From: a virus
Taxonomy: Duplodnaviria; Caudoviricetes
Virus record (IMG/VR): IMGVR_UViG_3300037313_000414
Location: 1-45,927 of that record
Reading direction: 5' to 3' (one strand)
Length of the DNA stretch: 45,927 nt
The translations under genes and the position numbers were made by a program. This document shows, piece after piece, positions 35,576-45,177 of this stretch (its first letter is position 1; each line of letters begins with the position of its first letter). Below the pieces are notes generated by a model. That model was not told the origin of the DNA. It saw nothing but the letters and a program-made list of their open reading frames with translations, and searched no databases.

Positions 35576-35710
35576 ATGGCAGAAAACAAAGGCGGCGGCG
35601 GGTACAAAGTGCCGAACAGCTCGACCGGCGTAATCAAAGCGCCGAATGGGATCACCAAGAACCAAGCCACTCCGAAGAAAACAACGGGCGGCGATTTGAG
35701 AGCGAAATAA
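35576..35710 (+). CDS. Small basic Gly/Lys-rich protein (44 aa)
   Basis: Manual translation MAENKGGGGYKVPN...GGDLRAK; RBS aaggtggtg. Confidence 0.6.
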   Translation: MAENKGGGGYKVPNSSTGVIKAPNGITKNQATPKKTTGGDLRAK

Positions 35711-35752
35711 TCCGCGTGGGATCGCAGTAAAAACCCAAAAGGAGAATGAATC

Positions 35753-36733
35753 ATGGATCAAATAAGCAGAAAAACGGCAGAGGTCGCTGCCCTGCCTTGG
35801 AAATTGAACCTCCAGTTCTTTGCCGAAGAGGGCGAATATCCGTCTTTGGAGGAAAGCCCGGAATTCCGTGATGATGCGCGTGAATTTAATGCCAAAATGG
35901 ATAAATTCGTGCAGGAGCGGACAAAAGAACCGGCGCAGGAACCGGAGAAACCCGAAACCAAACCGGACAATGAACCTGCAAAAGCAACTGAACAGGCTGA
36001 ACCCCCGGAGGTCGCCGTCCCGGATCAGAAGCCGAAGCAGGATTCCGAAACGAATAAAGCCTTTCAGGAAATGCGAAAGGCGCGGGAAGAAGCCGAGCGT
36101 CTCGCAAAAGAGTCAGAGGAACGCGCAAAACGCGCTGACGCCCTCATAGCGAAGCAGTACGGTCACATGGGCATTACTACCGTCGAACAGTACGAGTCCG
36201 CGCTGCAAGCCGAGCAGGAAGCCGAGACGATGAAACGGTACGAGGAAGCCGGTTTAACGCCGGAGGAGATCGAAAAGCTTAAAAAGTTTGACCAGCTCCA
36301 ACAGGAAACCGAGCAGCAAAAACAGGTTCGGGAACAACAGGAGAATGTATCCCGTTGGAAGCAGTTGTACGATGCGTATCCCGAATTGTACGAGACAGCT
36401 CCCTTGTTCAACGAGGGGAAAGAGCCGGAATGGTACAGCGCCGAAATGAAAGCCGAGATCGCACGCGGTGCATCTCCTCTCGCGGCGTATCGGAACGCAC
36501 ATTTCGAAACCATCCTGCAAAAACGCCTTGCATCCACGAAGGAAGAGGCCAGGCAGGACGCGCTCGACAAGCTCAACAGCAAATCACACCTTGCTCCTAA
36601 CGCCGTCACTGGCGGTGATGTGGAGCATGTGGAGATCGATGAGGAAACCATGCGGATGTATCGGGCGCTTAATAAGGGCAAAACCGACGCACAAATCAGG
36701 GCATGGCACAAAAAACACGCTATGGGAGGGTAA
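35753..36733 (+). CDS. Capsid scaffolding protein with Prp-type cleavage motif
   Basis: KLNLQFFAE near N-terminus; acidic coiled coil between portal and capsid genes. Confidence 0.82.
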   Translation: MDQISRKTAEVAALPWKLNLQFFAEEGEYPSLEESPEFRDDAREFNAKMDKFVQERTKEPAQEPEKPETKPDNEPAKATEQAEPPEVAVPDQKPKQDSETNKAFQEMRKAREEAERLAKESEERAKRADALIAKQYGHMGITTVEQYESALQAEQEAETMKRYEEAGLTPEEIEKLKKFDQLQQETEQQKQVREQQENVSRWKQLYDAYPELYETAPLFNEGKEPEWYSAEMKAEIARGASPLAAYRNAHFETILQKRLASTKEEARQDALDKLNSKSHLAPNAVTGGDVEHVEIDEETMRMYRALNKGKTDAQIRAWHKKHAMGG

Positions 36734-36736
36734 CAC

Positions 36737-37147
36737 ATGAGTAATGCGGCAGGATTTCGACCGATTACACGCCCTGGAATGGGTGAATTGCCGTTCGAGT
36801 ACATTCAACTGACTGATGCAGAGGCGGCAAGCCTTGGGGAAGCGCTTGTACTGACGAGCGGAAAAGCAACAAAATGCGGGGCAACTGCTACGCCTCAATT
36901 TATCGCGGCGGCTTCGGCTGATGCGGCAACGCCGGGGGCGACGATTCCGGCATGGCGCGTGGATGAATTGCAGGAATGGACAACCGTTTCGATGGCAACC
37001 GTTGCGACTACGCTGGAGGGAAGCAAAGTTACGCTCCATACAGATGGTCTGAAAGTAACGGCAACCACAACGAGCGGTGTATTCGAAATTTCTGATACGG
37101 ACGGCGCGACGACGACTTCTAACGTACGCGGCAGATTCCGTCGATAA
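36737..37147 (+). CDS. Putative head decoration/capsid-associated protein
   Basis: Ala/Thr-rich 136 aa just before the capsid gene. Confidence 0.6.
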   Translation: MSNAAGFRPITRPGMGELPFEYIQLTDAEAASLGEALVLTSGKATKCGATATPQFIAAASADAATPGATIPAWRVDELQEWTTVSMATVATTLEGSKVTLHTDGLKVTATTTSGVFEISDTDGATTTSNVRGRFRR

Positions 37148-37163
37148 GAGGGGGCGAACATAG

Positions 37164-38174
37164 ATGATCTTCAGTAAAGCAGCCGGTCTAAACGATTCGG
37201 TATTCGGTAAGTCACAGGAACCAATCAAGATGATGCTCACCGACCAAAAGGAAGCATTTGAAGCCGAATCCGTCGTTGATAAGATTTTCAACATGGACGA
37301 AACAAGCAATTTCGCGGAGAAATACACATACGAAACTAGTCTCGGTAACTTCGAGGCTGTAGGCGAAAACGGCGCCTACCCGGAATCATCGTTCCAAGAG
37401 GGATATTCCGCTGTCATCGAACCGGACGAGTGGAAACTGCAATTCTCGGTTACGCAAACGATGATCGAGGACGCAAAAATGGGCAAAGTGAAGCAGAAAG
37501 CATATGGCTTCATGAAGTCCTACCATCGTGGACGAGAATTGTTCGGGCTAGGCATTCTTAACAATGGGACATCGACGACCATGACGTTCGGTAACAACAA
37601 CAAAGTATTCGACATCAAAGCGGCAGACGGCAAAGCATTGTTCGCTACCGATCACCCGTCCAAAACTGGCGGATATGGAGCGCAATCGAATTATTTCTCC
37701 AATCCGTTCAGCTACGACGCGCTGTGTTTGGTTGAAGAAGCCATGCAATACTTCCGCGATGATGACGGCAATATCATGGATATCTCACCGGACACCATTA
37801 TCATTCCGTCAAAAGCCCGTATCAAAAAACAGGTGTTTGACGCGATCGGTGCAGAAGAGGGGGCACCGGGAACGGCAAACAACTCGTTCAACTTCCAATA
37901 CGGACGTTGGAACGTCATTATGACACCGTATCTAACGAATGCTTCCGGCATTACGGCGGGAACGGATAGTTGGTATCTTGCTGACTCCAAATGGATTGAG
38001 ATGTACGAGGGATTGGTATTCCTCGACCGCATTCCGCTGACTGTTCGTTCATATGTGGACGAGAAGACAGATGCCAACATCATCAAAGGCCGCGCTCGTT
38101 GGATCGCTAAGCCGAACCGCTGGAACGGAATCTGCAAAGTTGATCCGGGTCTTGGCGGTACGTTGTTGAGTTAA
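37164..38174 (+). CDS. Major capsid protein
   Basis: 336 aa, ADGKALFATDHP, PDTIIIP, W.L.D motifs; position after scaffold. Confidence 0.85.
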   Translation: MIFSKAAGLNDSVFGKSQEPIKMMLTDQKEAFEAESVVDKIFNMDETSNFAEKYTYETSLGNFEAVGENGAYPESSFQEGYSAVIEPDEWKLQFSVTQTMIEDAKMGKVKQKAYGFMKSYHRGRELFGLGILNNGTSTTMTFGNNNKVFDIKAADGKALFATDHPSKTGGYGAQSNYFSNPFSYDALCLVEEAMQYFRDDDGNIMDISPDTIIIPSKARIKKQVFDAIGAEEGAPGTANNSFNFQYGRWNVIMTPYLTNASGITAGTDSWYLADSKWIEMYEGLVFLDRIPLTVRSYVDEKTDANIIKGRARWIAKPNRWNGICKVDPGLGGTLLS

Positions 38175-38187
38175 GGAGGGATACGAC

Positions 38188-38541
38188 ATGAGCGCATCGG
38201 GGTACACAACGCTTAATCTAGATGGTAAGGCTTCTCTTCAAACCGGCGAATACAGCGGAATTGACTTATCCGGTGGCGATGTGACGCTTACGGCTGACCA
38301 GGCGGTATGTGGTGTGCTGAGCGTGACAACAGGCCACGCATCGAACAACATCATCATTCCGGCGTCGATTGCATCACAATACGTTGGGAAATTGTATGTT
38401 GTTGTCAATAACGATGCTTCTCTCGCGGCGAAAATCAAGGTCGAGGGCGGGACGGCGGTCACAGTCGCGGCGACGAAAACGGCGATTGTCCGCATCAATT
38501 CTGCCGGAACAGAAGTAAAACGCGTCACCGCTGACGCATAA
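38188..38541 (+). CDS. Virion structural protein (beta-rich)
   Basis: Follows capsid gene; Thr/Val/Ala-rich. Confidence 0.6.
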   Translation: MSASGYTTLNLDGKASLQTGEYSGIDLSGGDVTLTADQAVCGVLSVTTGHASNNIIIPASIASQYVGKLYVVVNNDASLAAKIKVEGGTAVTVAATKTAIVRINSAGTEVKRVTADA

Positions 38542-38544
38542 CAA

Positions 38545-38572
38545 GGGGAGCTCCGGCTCCCCATTTTTATTT
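38545..38572 (+). terminator. Rho-independent terminator after head genes
   Basis: ggggagc-tccg-gctcccc-atttttattt. Confidence 0.8.
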
Positions 38573-38584
38573 AGGAGGGATATT

Positions 38585-38854
38585 ATGCTTCCGAAACTTG
38601 AACTGTTGGAGAAACAAATTAGCAGAACCGATCAACAATTGATCTACTATCTGATTTTAGAACAGCAGGAAACGAACCGCCTATTACGGAAATTGGCCGG
38701 GGAAGAGTCGCAGGAACAGTCTGACGGTGACATTGACAGCATGAAACGGCAGGATCTGATGAAACGAATGGCACAACTGAAAGATAAACCGGCAGGTTGG
38801 AACAAATGGGAGACGGAAGATATCCGTAAGCATCTGAAAGGGGTGGCATCATGA
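38585..38854 (+). CDS. Hypothetical protein
   Basis: RBS aggaggg. Confidence 0.65.
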   Translation: MLPKLELLEKQISRTDQQLIYYLILEQQETNRLLRKLAGEESQEQSDGDIDSMKRQDLMKRMAQLKDKPAGWNKWETEDIRKHLKGVAS

Positions 38855-39087
38855 GTCGTGTAGTGGTTGAATCGTACCGGGGAGCAGTACCAATAACACC
38901 GGATGACGACACCGTATTCGCTCCGACAAGGGGCGTTTACATCGGGAGTGGCGTGATTAAAGTTGATATGGCGGACGGAACGACTGTTACGCTGACAGCC
39001 CTCAATGCCGGCGATATTCATCCCATTTCTGTCACTAAAGTATACGCAACCGACACAACCGCGACGGATATCGTCGTGTTCTATTGA
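38851..39087 (+). CDS. Head-spike base-like protein (resembles RcGTA Rcc01079 family)
   Basis: AVPITPDD..RGVYIG.G.IKV....G..VTL...AG..HPI.V.KVYAT.TTATDIV pattern. Confidence 0.6.
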   Translation: MSRVVVESYRGAVPITPDDDTVFAPTRGVYIGSGVIKVDMADGTTVTLTALNAGDIHPISVTKVYATDTTATDIVVFY

Positions 39088-39095
39088 GGTGACCT

Positions 39096-39677
39096 ATGAC
39101 CGTCACGCTTTCGCAAATTCGTTTTACCGCCGAAGAAGAACTCGAAGATCACCTGAGTAACGAAAATGTCATCAACTGGTGCAATTTAGCGCAAACCGAA
39201 TTTCTGCTTCGCATTATCGTACCAGGCAACACGACGATTGATATCAATACGACCGATGTTTCGTATACGCTTAACACGAACATTCGGGAAATCCGCAGGT
39301 TACGTTTACAAAGTGACCTGGACAACAACATAAATCGGCCCTACAACCCCGTGTACACGTTCTATAACGGGGTTTTTGAAGTCCCATCCCCCTTTACGTC
39401 AGAAGATACCCTGTTGATCGATTATTACGCCTATCTCAGCAGTTTCGACGATATTTCAGATACAATCGACATCGCCGACCGGTTCAAGCCGCTATACACA
39501 AGTTACGTCGAAATGATGTACTACCGGCTGCCATCAACCCGTTCCAAAATAGGCGAGGCTATGGCCCAACTCATGTATGAACAGCAGTTTGGTATCCACC
39601 AATCCATCAAGAAGCAGGTAGCGGATTATTACATCATCGATAAAGGCGTAGAAAAGCCACGGGAAAGCGGGTGGTAG
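39096..39677 (+). CDS. Putative head-tail adaptor protein
   Basis: Position; INWCNLAQ helix then beta region. Confidence 0.55.
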   Translation: MTVTLSQIRFTAEEELEDHLSNENVINWCNLAQTEFLLRIIVPGNTTIDINTTDVSYTLNTNIREIRRLRLQSDLDNNINRPYNPVYTFYNGVFEVPSPFTSEDTLLIDYYAYLSSFDDISDTIDIADRFKPLYTSYVEMMYYRLPSTRSKIGEAMAQLMYEQQFGIHQSIKKQVADYYIIDKGVEKPRESGW

Positions 39678-39678
39678 C

Positions 39679-39846
39679 ATGAAATCCTATCAATTCACGT
39701 GTTGCCGACGCGACGAAAACAACCAGCTCACCATCCTGCCGGACCGGACACCGATCGTAACGGCGAATACCAGGGGCGAGGCGTTGGAGATGTTGAAAGA
39801 CTATTTCACGGAAAATCAATGTTTGCCGTATCGCGAGGTGACGTAG
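39679..39846 (+). CDS. Small hypothetical protein (55 aa)
   Basis: Manual translation MKSYQFTCCRRDENN...; fills the gap exactly. Confidence 0.5.
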   Translation: MKSYQFTCCRRDENNQLTILPDRTPIVTANTRGEALEMLKDYFTENQCLPYREVT

Positions 39847-40482
39847 ATGGCAACAGCAGGCGATGTAATGACACTCGTTCAGCAGATGAGAGCAAACGAT
39901 ATCGCGGAGATCGGCGACGATTCCACGGCACAGCAGGCGTATTTGGTGACGGTGATTAACGCCGCGCTCAAGGAGTTGGCGCATATCGCCTATCGGACAC
40001 GGATCAGCGATGCGCTAGCGATATCGGCAGATGGAGACGTAACGTTTAAATACTCCTCCAGCGCAATCACAGACCTGTACAGCCCTTTGCGGATACTGGA
40101 CGGTAATAGCAAGGCGTTGGCGAAACGAACGTCCTACGAGGCTCCTACGGGCTGGTGGCGCGAATCCGACTCGACCGCATTTAACATCAAGGGTGTCACA
40201 TCGGGCAGTTACCGACTCCACTATGTACGATACCCATCGCCTGTAACAGGGAGTGGAAGCACATTGGATTTCCCAGAGGCCGGTATCATGACACTGGCGT
40301 TTTGGTGTTCGGGCATTGTGCTGGAATCGCGTAATGCCTACGACGAGGCGAATGCGATGTATGCACGAGCGGAGAAACGGTTCGGCATTCCTGTCCTCGC
40401 CAATGAAGCGGCACGCGGTTACTCGTCCGGTGGCTATGTCCCGTCGTACGACTTCGCCAAGAAGATTCGGGGTGAATTCTGA
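39847..40482 (+). CDS. Putative second head-tail adaptor/tail protein
   Basis: VINAALKELA helix; position before nozzle. Confidence 0.55.
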   Translation: MATAGDVMTLVQQMRANDIAEIGDDSTAQQAYLVTVINAALKELAHIAYRTRISDALAISADGDVTFKYSSSAITDLYSPLRILDGNSKALAKRTSYEAPTGWWRESDSTAFNIKGVTSGSYRLHYVRYPSPVTGSGSTLDFPEAGIMTLAFWCSGIVLESRNAYDEANAMYARAEKRFGIPVLANEAARGYSSGGYVPSYDFAKKIRGEF

Positions 40483-42047
40483 TGCCTGCTACACAAACCG
40501 TTGTTGCACTGGAACCGCATGGCTTCGATGGGCAGAACACGGTGCTAAATCCGGCGACACTCCCTTTAGAGTCACAAGCGCAGGCCAAAAACGCGATCAT
40601 GCGCGAGATTGGCACAATCGGTAAACGGGACGGAAGCATACCGGTGACGGCTACGGCCTTGGGTGAAACGATCGATCACCTAACGTCATACAAGTCGTCA
40701 CCGAACGCCACGCCTGCCCTGATTGCGGCTAGTGGCACATCGCTTTACAAGTTCGATGGCACCGATACGCTGGACGAGCAGACGATGACGGACGCGTTGA
40801 ATACGAGTGATATCTATACAGTGGATTTCACGAATTCACTGCTCACATCACGCATGATAATCGGAGACGGTGCGGATTTAAAGGGATATGACGGTACGAC
40901 AGTAGCAGACATTACGCCTGCCGCTGATGATCCAAGCCCTGCGCCGCCGAATGGATTGACGGATATCAACGTGAAAGGCCATAAATACGTGTGGTCATAC
41001 TCGTATCATGTGTTCAGCTCGCCGGGCAATAACGAGGTGTACTATTCCAAGCGGTTCGAATACGATTACTGGCCCACGACACAGTTTTTCTACCTGGTCC
41101 GCGAGAATGATTACGTCAACGGTCCAGGCGTCGCGTTCGACAACGTTCTGATCGTTCCGATGCGCCGATCATGGTCGATCATAAGCGGCACAACGTTCGA
41201 TGATTTCGACGCCAGCCGGTTCCTGAACACATCATACGGCGTGATTGCTCCGCGTTCCATCGAAACGGTCACGTATCCGAACGGAGAGCAGACGATTGTT
41301 TTTCTGTCCGATGACGGAGCGCATGAGGTGTTTATCTCCGTTGCAGACGGAAACAGCAAAGTGTACGCCACTCGAAGCCTGATGAAGGATCAAATTGACT
41401 TCACCCTGTTCACAGATGCGGAAAAAGCGACCGCATACGGCAAATTCGATGCGGATAACAACTGCTACCGGCTTTATATCAAGTCCGGCGACGATCAATT
41501 CGTCTATGTCATGGACACACGCAACCGCAAATGGTACGTGTGGACGCATCCATGGGACGTGAAACCATCGATTCGGTTCGATGAAGTAACCTATTTCGCC
41601 GGATCGACCGGGCATCTGCACAAGTACGACGAGGATTTATACACGGACTGGAACGAATCGACTCAGGACACAGGTACTGCGGTCGATTTTGACGTTTATG
41701 GGCCGCTTGTGGCGTTTGAGTTCAGCGGGTATTCGTCCTACCTTGATTATTTCATGGTCGAGGCGAAGCAGTGGACGGTAACCGCGACGCTGGACGTGTC
41801 GATCGTGTACGGTGCAGATGTGAAAGTGATGGAAAGTGCACTCAAGAATCAGATTTTCACTTGGGGCGTCACGCCGTGGGGAGAGGCTCAATGGGCGAAT
41901 CTCAATTACACGGATATCCTTAACCAAGCAAAACGCTTGATTATCAAGAAGAAAGGATTTTACTTTCAACGGAGATTCCGAAATAACCGGGACGAGCCGG
42001 TTTTGATATACAAAGAGCGGTACATGGGCCGCTTATCGGGGAGGTAG
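40482..42047 (+). CDS. Putative tail nozzle/DNA-stabilisation protein (P22 gp10/T7 gp12-like role)
   Basis: 521 aa beta-propeller-like aromatic-rich sequence; position before tailspike. Confidence 0.6.
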   Translation: MPATQTVVALEPHGFDGQNTVLNPATLPLESQAQAKNAIMREIGTIGKRDGSIPVTATALGETIDHLTSYKSSPNATPALIAASGTSLYKFDGTDTLDEQTMTDALNTSDIYTVDFTNSLLTSRMIIGDGADLKGYDGTTVADITPAADDPSPAPPNGLTDINVKGHKYVWSYSYHVFSSPGNNEVYYSKRFEYDYWPTTQFFYLVRENDYVNGPGVAFDNVLIVPMRRSWSIISGTTFDDFDASRFLNTSYGVIAPRSIETVTYPNGEQTIVFLSDDGAHEVFISVADGNSKVYATRSLMKDQIDFTLFTDAEKATAYGKFDADNNCYRLYIKSGDDQFVYVMDTRNRKWYVWTHPWDVKPSIRFDEVTYFAGSTGHLHKYDEDLYTDWNESTQDTGTAVDFDVYGPLVAFEFSGYSSYLDYFMVEAKQWTVTATLDVSIVYGADVKVMESALKNQIFTWGVTPWGEAQWANLNYTDILNQAKRLIIKKKGFYFQRRFRNNRDEPVLIYKERYMGRLSGR

Positions 42048-42052
42048 GTCAA

Positions 42053-43726
42053 ATGGCAGCCGGAAATGTGCCTACAACGAATCTAACGGCTTTATACACG
42101 AATACAACGAGCGGTACACCAGCAAGCCCCACGATTTTTGACGCGGCGATTCAGGATATTGTGCAGACAACCAACGACAACTATGCCTTTACTGTTGGAC
42201 TTGTCGATTCCAACAAATTAAGCAATATGAGCATCATCAACGTAAAGGATTATGGGGCAAAAGGGGATGGAAGTACGGATGATACGACGGAGATCCAAAC
42301 GGCACTAGATCAAGGCGGCATTATTGTTATTCCGGCAGGAACCTATATGATTAATGCAGTTACAAGCAGCCACGACAATCCGACGAGTGGTGGCCTCTCA
42401 ATACCGTCGAATACCACCTTATTTATCTCTCCGGAGGCAACGATAAAAGCAATCGCCAACTCTTCTGACAGTTATGCGGTCATTCGTATCGCGGATGTTT
42501 CAAACGTTCGTATCTGCGGCGGAGGTATGATTCAGGGGGAGCGATCATCTCACAATGGATCGACTGGTGAATGGGGATATGGTGTTTGTATCAACGGCGG
42601 GGAAAATGTAACGATTGAAGACATTGTAATTAAAGACTGCTGGGGAGATGGAATCTTGGTTGGTTCGGGTAACGGGACCCCCAAATCAAGTTATCCGAGC
42701 AAAAATATTAAAATATCCGGTGTAGTTTGCGACAATAATCGCAGGCAGGGTATGAGTATTATTCACGCAGATTCGGTTCATGTGGAGTTGTCCACATTCA
42801 AAAACACGAACGGAAAAGCCCCTCAATCGGGAATCGATCTGGAACCGGAGACATCATCAGGTTACTACTGCAAAAACGTCGCAATTGTGAATTGTCACAT
42901 GGAAAGTAATACGGGTGATGGGATTCAGACACACGCTTCTGCTTCGTTCACCATAACCGGGTGTACTATTCGTTCTAATACTGGGCGTGGGATCGTGTGC
43001 AGTTCGACTGAGGGGACGATTACCGGATGCACCATCGTGGGGAATACGGAATCCGGCATCCAGCTCGACGCTTCCACTGGACTGAATGTGACGGGTAACA
43101 CCATGACGGGTAACAAAAACGGGATCGCGGTCACAGGCGGGTCGTCGAAATGCTGTATGACCGGGAACGTCTGTACGACAAGTACCTCACGCGGGATTTC
43201 TATAGTGGGCGCTAGTGATAACTTGGTAAGTTCAAATGAATGTCTGAGCAATACGGGTGCAGGGATATACCTTTTTACAGGGACAGAGAATGAAGTAATC
43301 GGCAATCTCTGCATGGCTAATTCACATGGTATCCATTTACTCAGCACATCGACAGGTAACATTCTGAACGGGAATCGATGCAAGCGAAACAGCACGAACG
43401 GCATACGGGTGGAGTCCAGCAACGACAACCAAATTCATAATAATACCTGCACGGAAAACAGCCAGACAACAAACAATACCGATCCGAATATCTTTCTGTT
43501 TAGTTCGTCCGATAACTCCGTACAGTCCAACAAGACACGACGCGGAACGCAGACGAATAAGCCAAACTATGGCATCGACGTATCAGGAGGGAGCAACAAC
43601 ATCATTGCGCAGAATGATTGCTACACAGGAGGAAACACTGGCGGTATCCGCAACACCGGAACTGGAGGCATGTACGGGGCCGGTAACCGTAACAATGACG
43701 GAACATTCAGCGCGACTCCGAACTAA
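42053..43726 (+). CDS. Tailspike/depolymerase, pectate-lyase-like right-handed beta-helix
   Basis: NVKDYGAKGDGSTDDT..IQ.AL, IPAGTY, DNNRRQG, GIDLEP, many N..GI repeats. Confidence 0.85.
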   Translation: MAAGNVPTTNLTALYTNTTSGTPASPTIFDAAIQDIVQTTNDNYAFTVGLVDSNKLSNMSIINVKDYGAKGDGSTDDTTEIQTALDQGGIIVIPAGTYMINAVTSSHDNPTSGGLSIPSNTTLFISPEATIKAIANSSDSYAVIRIADVSNVRICGGGMIQGERSSHNGSTGEWGYGVCINGGENVTIEDIVIKDCWGDGILVGSGNGTPKSSYPSKNIKISGVVCDNNRRQGMSIIHADSVHVELSTFKNTNGKAPQSGIDLEPETSSGYYCKNVAIVNCHMESNTGDGIQTHASASFTITGCTIRSNTGRGIVCSSTEGTITGCTIVGNTESGIQLDASTGLNVTGNTMTGNKNGIAVTGGSSKCCMTGNVCTTSTSRGISIVGASDNLVSSNECLSNTGAGIYLFTGTENEVIGNLCMANSHGIHLLSTSTGNILNGNRCKRNSTNGIRVESSNDNQIHNNTCTENSQTTNNTDPNIFLFSSSDNSVQSNKTRRGTQTNKPNYGIDVSGGSNNIIAQNDCYTGGNTGGIRNTGTGGMYGAGNRNNDGTFSATPN

Positions 43727-45089
43727 CGTTTGATGGACTCTGATTCCAGGCGATACAGAGAGCAAGGAACACCCAGAACACTCGGAAATTCTCTAAATTT
43801 ACGGTGAAAGCTTGTACAGCAAAAGACACAAGACCAACAAGAAGTATGGACGCTATTGCATCTTTCTTTCTGGAACGATTCAGTGTTTGAAAAATGATTT
43901 GTACAGGTTTCCAGAGCAGGATGAGAAGTCCTAATACTCCCGTTTCTGCCAGGTATGTCAAGTATGTATTATGCGGGATATTGGGCAATGACACCCCTAT
44001 GATCTTGTAGGTATTGTTCATATACTGCCCTGTACCAACGCCGAAAATAGGGTTGCCTTTCCACATTTGATAGGCAGTCTCCCACAGCAGAACGCGGTAT
44101 TGGGTACCGGTTTCGTCCTGATCTACGTTCGTCACTCGTTCGTATGACGTTTGAAGCGATGAAACGATTGCTCCTTCGTGGTCAAATGCATAAATCAACG
44201 GTGCCAGTATTGATAGGGCAAGTAAAGAAACAAAGGCCAATTTGACTAGGTTTTTAACCTTGAACGTAAGAATGAATACGATGGCCGACCCGATGCACAA
44301 CCCCAATACTCCGCCCCTGGACGCGGTGAATAAAAGAGCGGTCAGGATGATCAAGATGTTCATTCCGAACACTTTCTTTTTGAAAATCTGGTTGTACATC
44401 ACCGCGATACTTAGCGACAAAATCAAATAAGAGGCAGCCAAGTTCGGATCTTCAAATGTTCCTTTCGCTCTGTTTCCATATGTGATTCCAAGATCGAGTC
44501 CCATAGTAAAAAGAATATTACCGACAACACATAGAACAGAGAAACAGAGTGCGGTATAGTTCCACACCTTGAGGATTCGGTAGTTATTGTTTTGGAAATC
44601 ATACGAAAAAAAGCAGAGGGAACATAGAAGATACATCATGCTGACAGCGGTTTTTATGATGTTTGGCAAGCTTGATGCAGGGTCTGAACCGAAAAACAGA
44701 GGATGAATAACGCTGGCTGATATTGCAGTGATCAACAGGAAAGCATATCGAATCAATGAGGCATGCTGTTTTAAGTATTCAACAAGGAAAGACTTGTACT
44801 TCACGGACAGAAGGATAACAAATAAAACAGGAGTTAGAAAATCGGCAAACGAAGAATTGATCGTGATACCCACACGCAAATAGAAAGATATCGGCAAAAG
44901 GATAATGACTAAGTCAATCACGCGAATTCGAAACAGGCGTACCGCAACATAGCCAAATGCGGTAACTCCAGCTAGACCAAAAATGAGTGTATGACCAAAT
45001 GCAACAGGAATGCCGACCAGCACACCGACAAGTACGATGAGGAAAATTTTTGTTGCCTTATTGATACTAGAGAAAAAAGTTGTTTCCAC
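43707..45089 (-). CDS. O-antigen ligase/Wzy-like polytopic membrane protein (moron)
   Basis: Many TM segments; RAKGTFEDPN, TASRGG, R..LW, NPIFGVGTG, PHNTYL..LAETGVLG. Confidence 0.88.
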   Translation of the reverse strand: METTFFSSINKATKIFLIVLVGVLVGIPVAFGHTLIFGLAGVTAFGYVAVRLFRIRVIDLVIILLPISFYLRVGITINSSFADFLTPVLFVILLSVKYKSFLVEYLKQHASLIRYAFLLITAISASVIHPLFFGSDPASSLPNIIKTAVSMMYLLCSLCFFSYDFQNNNYRILKVWNYTALCFSVLCVVGNILFTMGLDLGITYGNRAKGTFEDPNLAASYLILSLSIAVMYNQIFKKKVFGMNILIILTALLFTASRGGVLGLCIGSAIVFILTFKVKNLVKLAFVSLLALSILAPLIYAFDHEGAIVSSLQTSYERVTNVDQDETGTQYRVLLWETAYQMWKGNPIFGVGTGQYMNNTYKIIGVSLPNIPHNTYLTYLAETGVLGLLILLWKPVQIIFQTLNRSRKKDAIASILLVGLVSFAVQAFTVNLENFRVFWVFLALCIAWNQSPSNVSSESR

Positions 45090-45120
45090 GATAACCACCT
45101 ACAGGACAGTTTTACCAATA

Positions 45121-45149
45121 ATTATTTAGTCGTTAGCAAGAAATGTCAA
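45121..45149 (-). promoter_or_regulatory. Sigma-A promoter of the moron
   Basis: Minus strand TTGACA-17 bp-AATAAT. Confidence 0.7.
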
Positions 45150-45177
45150 TGAAAATCCTTACATAGGAGGCGATCCC

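Noticed and set aside
36163-37327. Long antisense ORFs over scaffold/capsid genes, and similar ones elsewhere
   Set aside because: Shadow frames of well-supported genes with no RBS or recognisable motifs.
40166-40180. Core-like ccgactcgaccgcat in a structural gene
   Set aside because: Intragenic and lacks both the hairpin and the GGCCG box; likely chance.
42053-43726. Diversity-generating retroelement acting on the tailspike
   Set aside because: No reverse transcriptase and no template/variable repeat pair seen.
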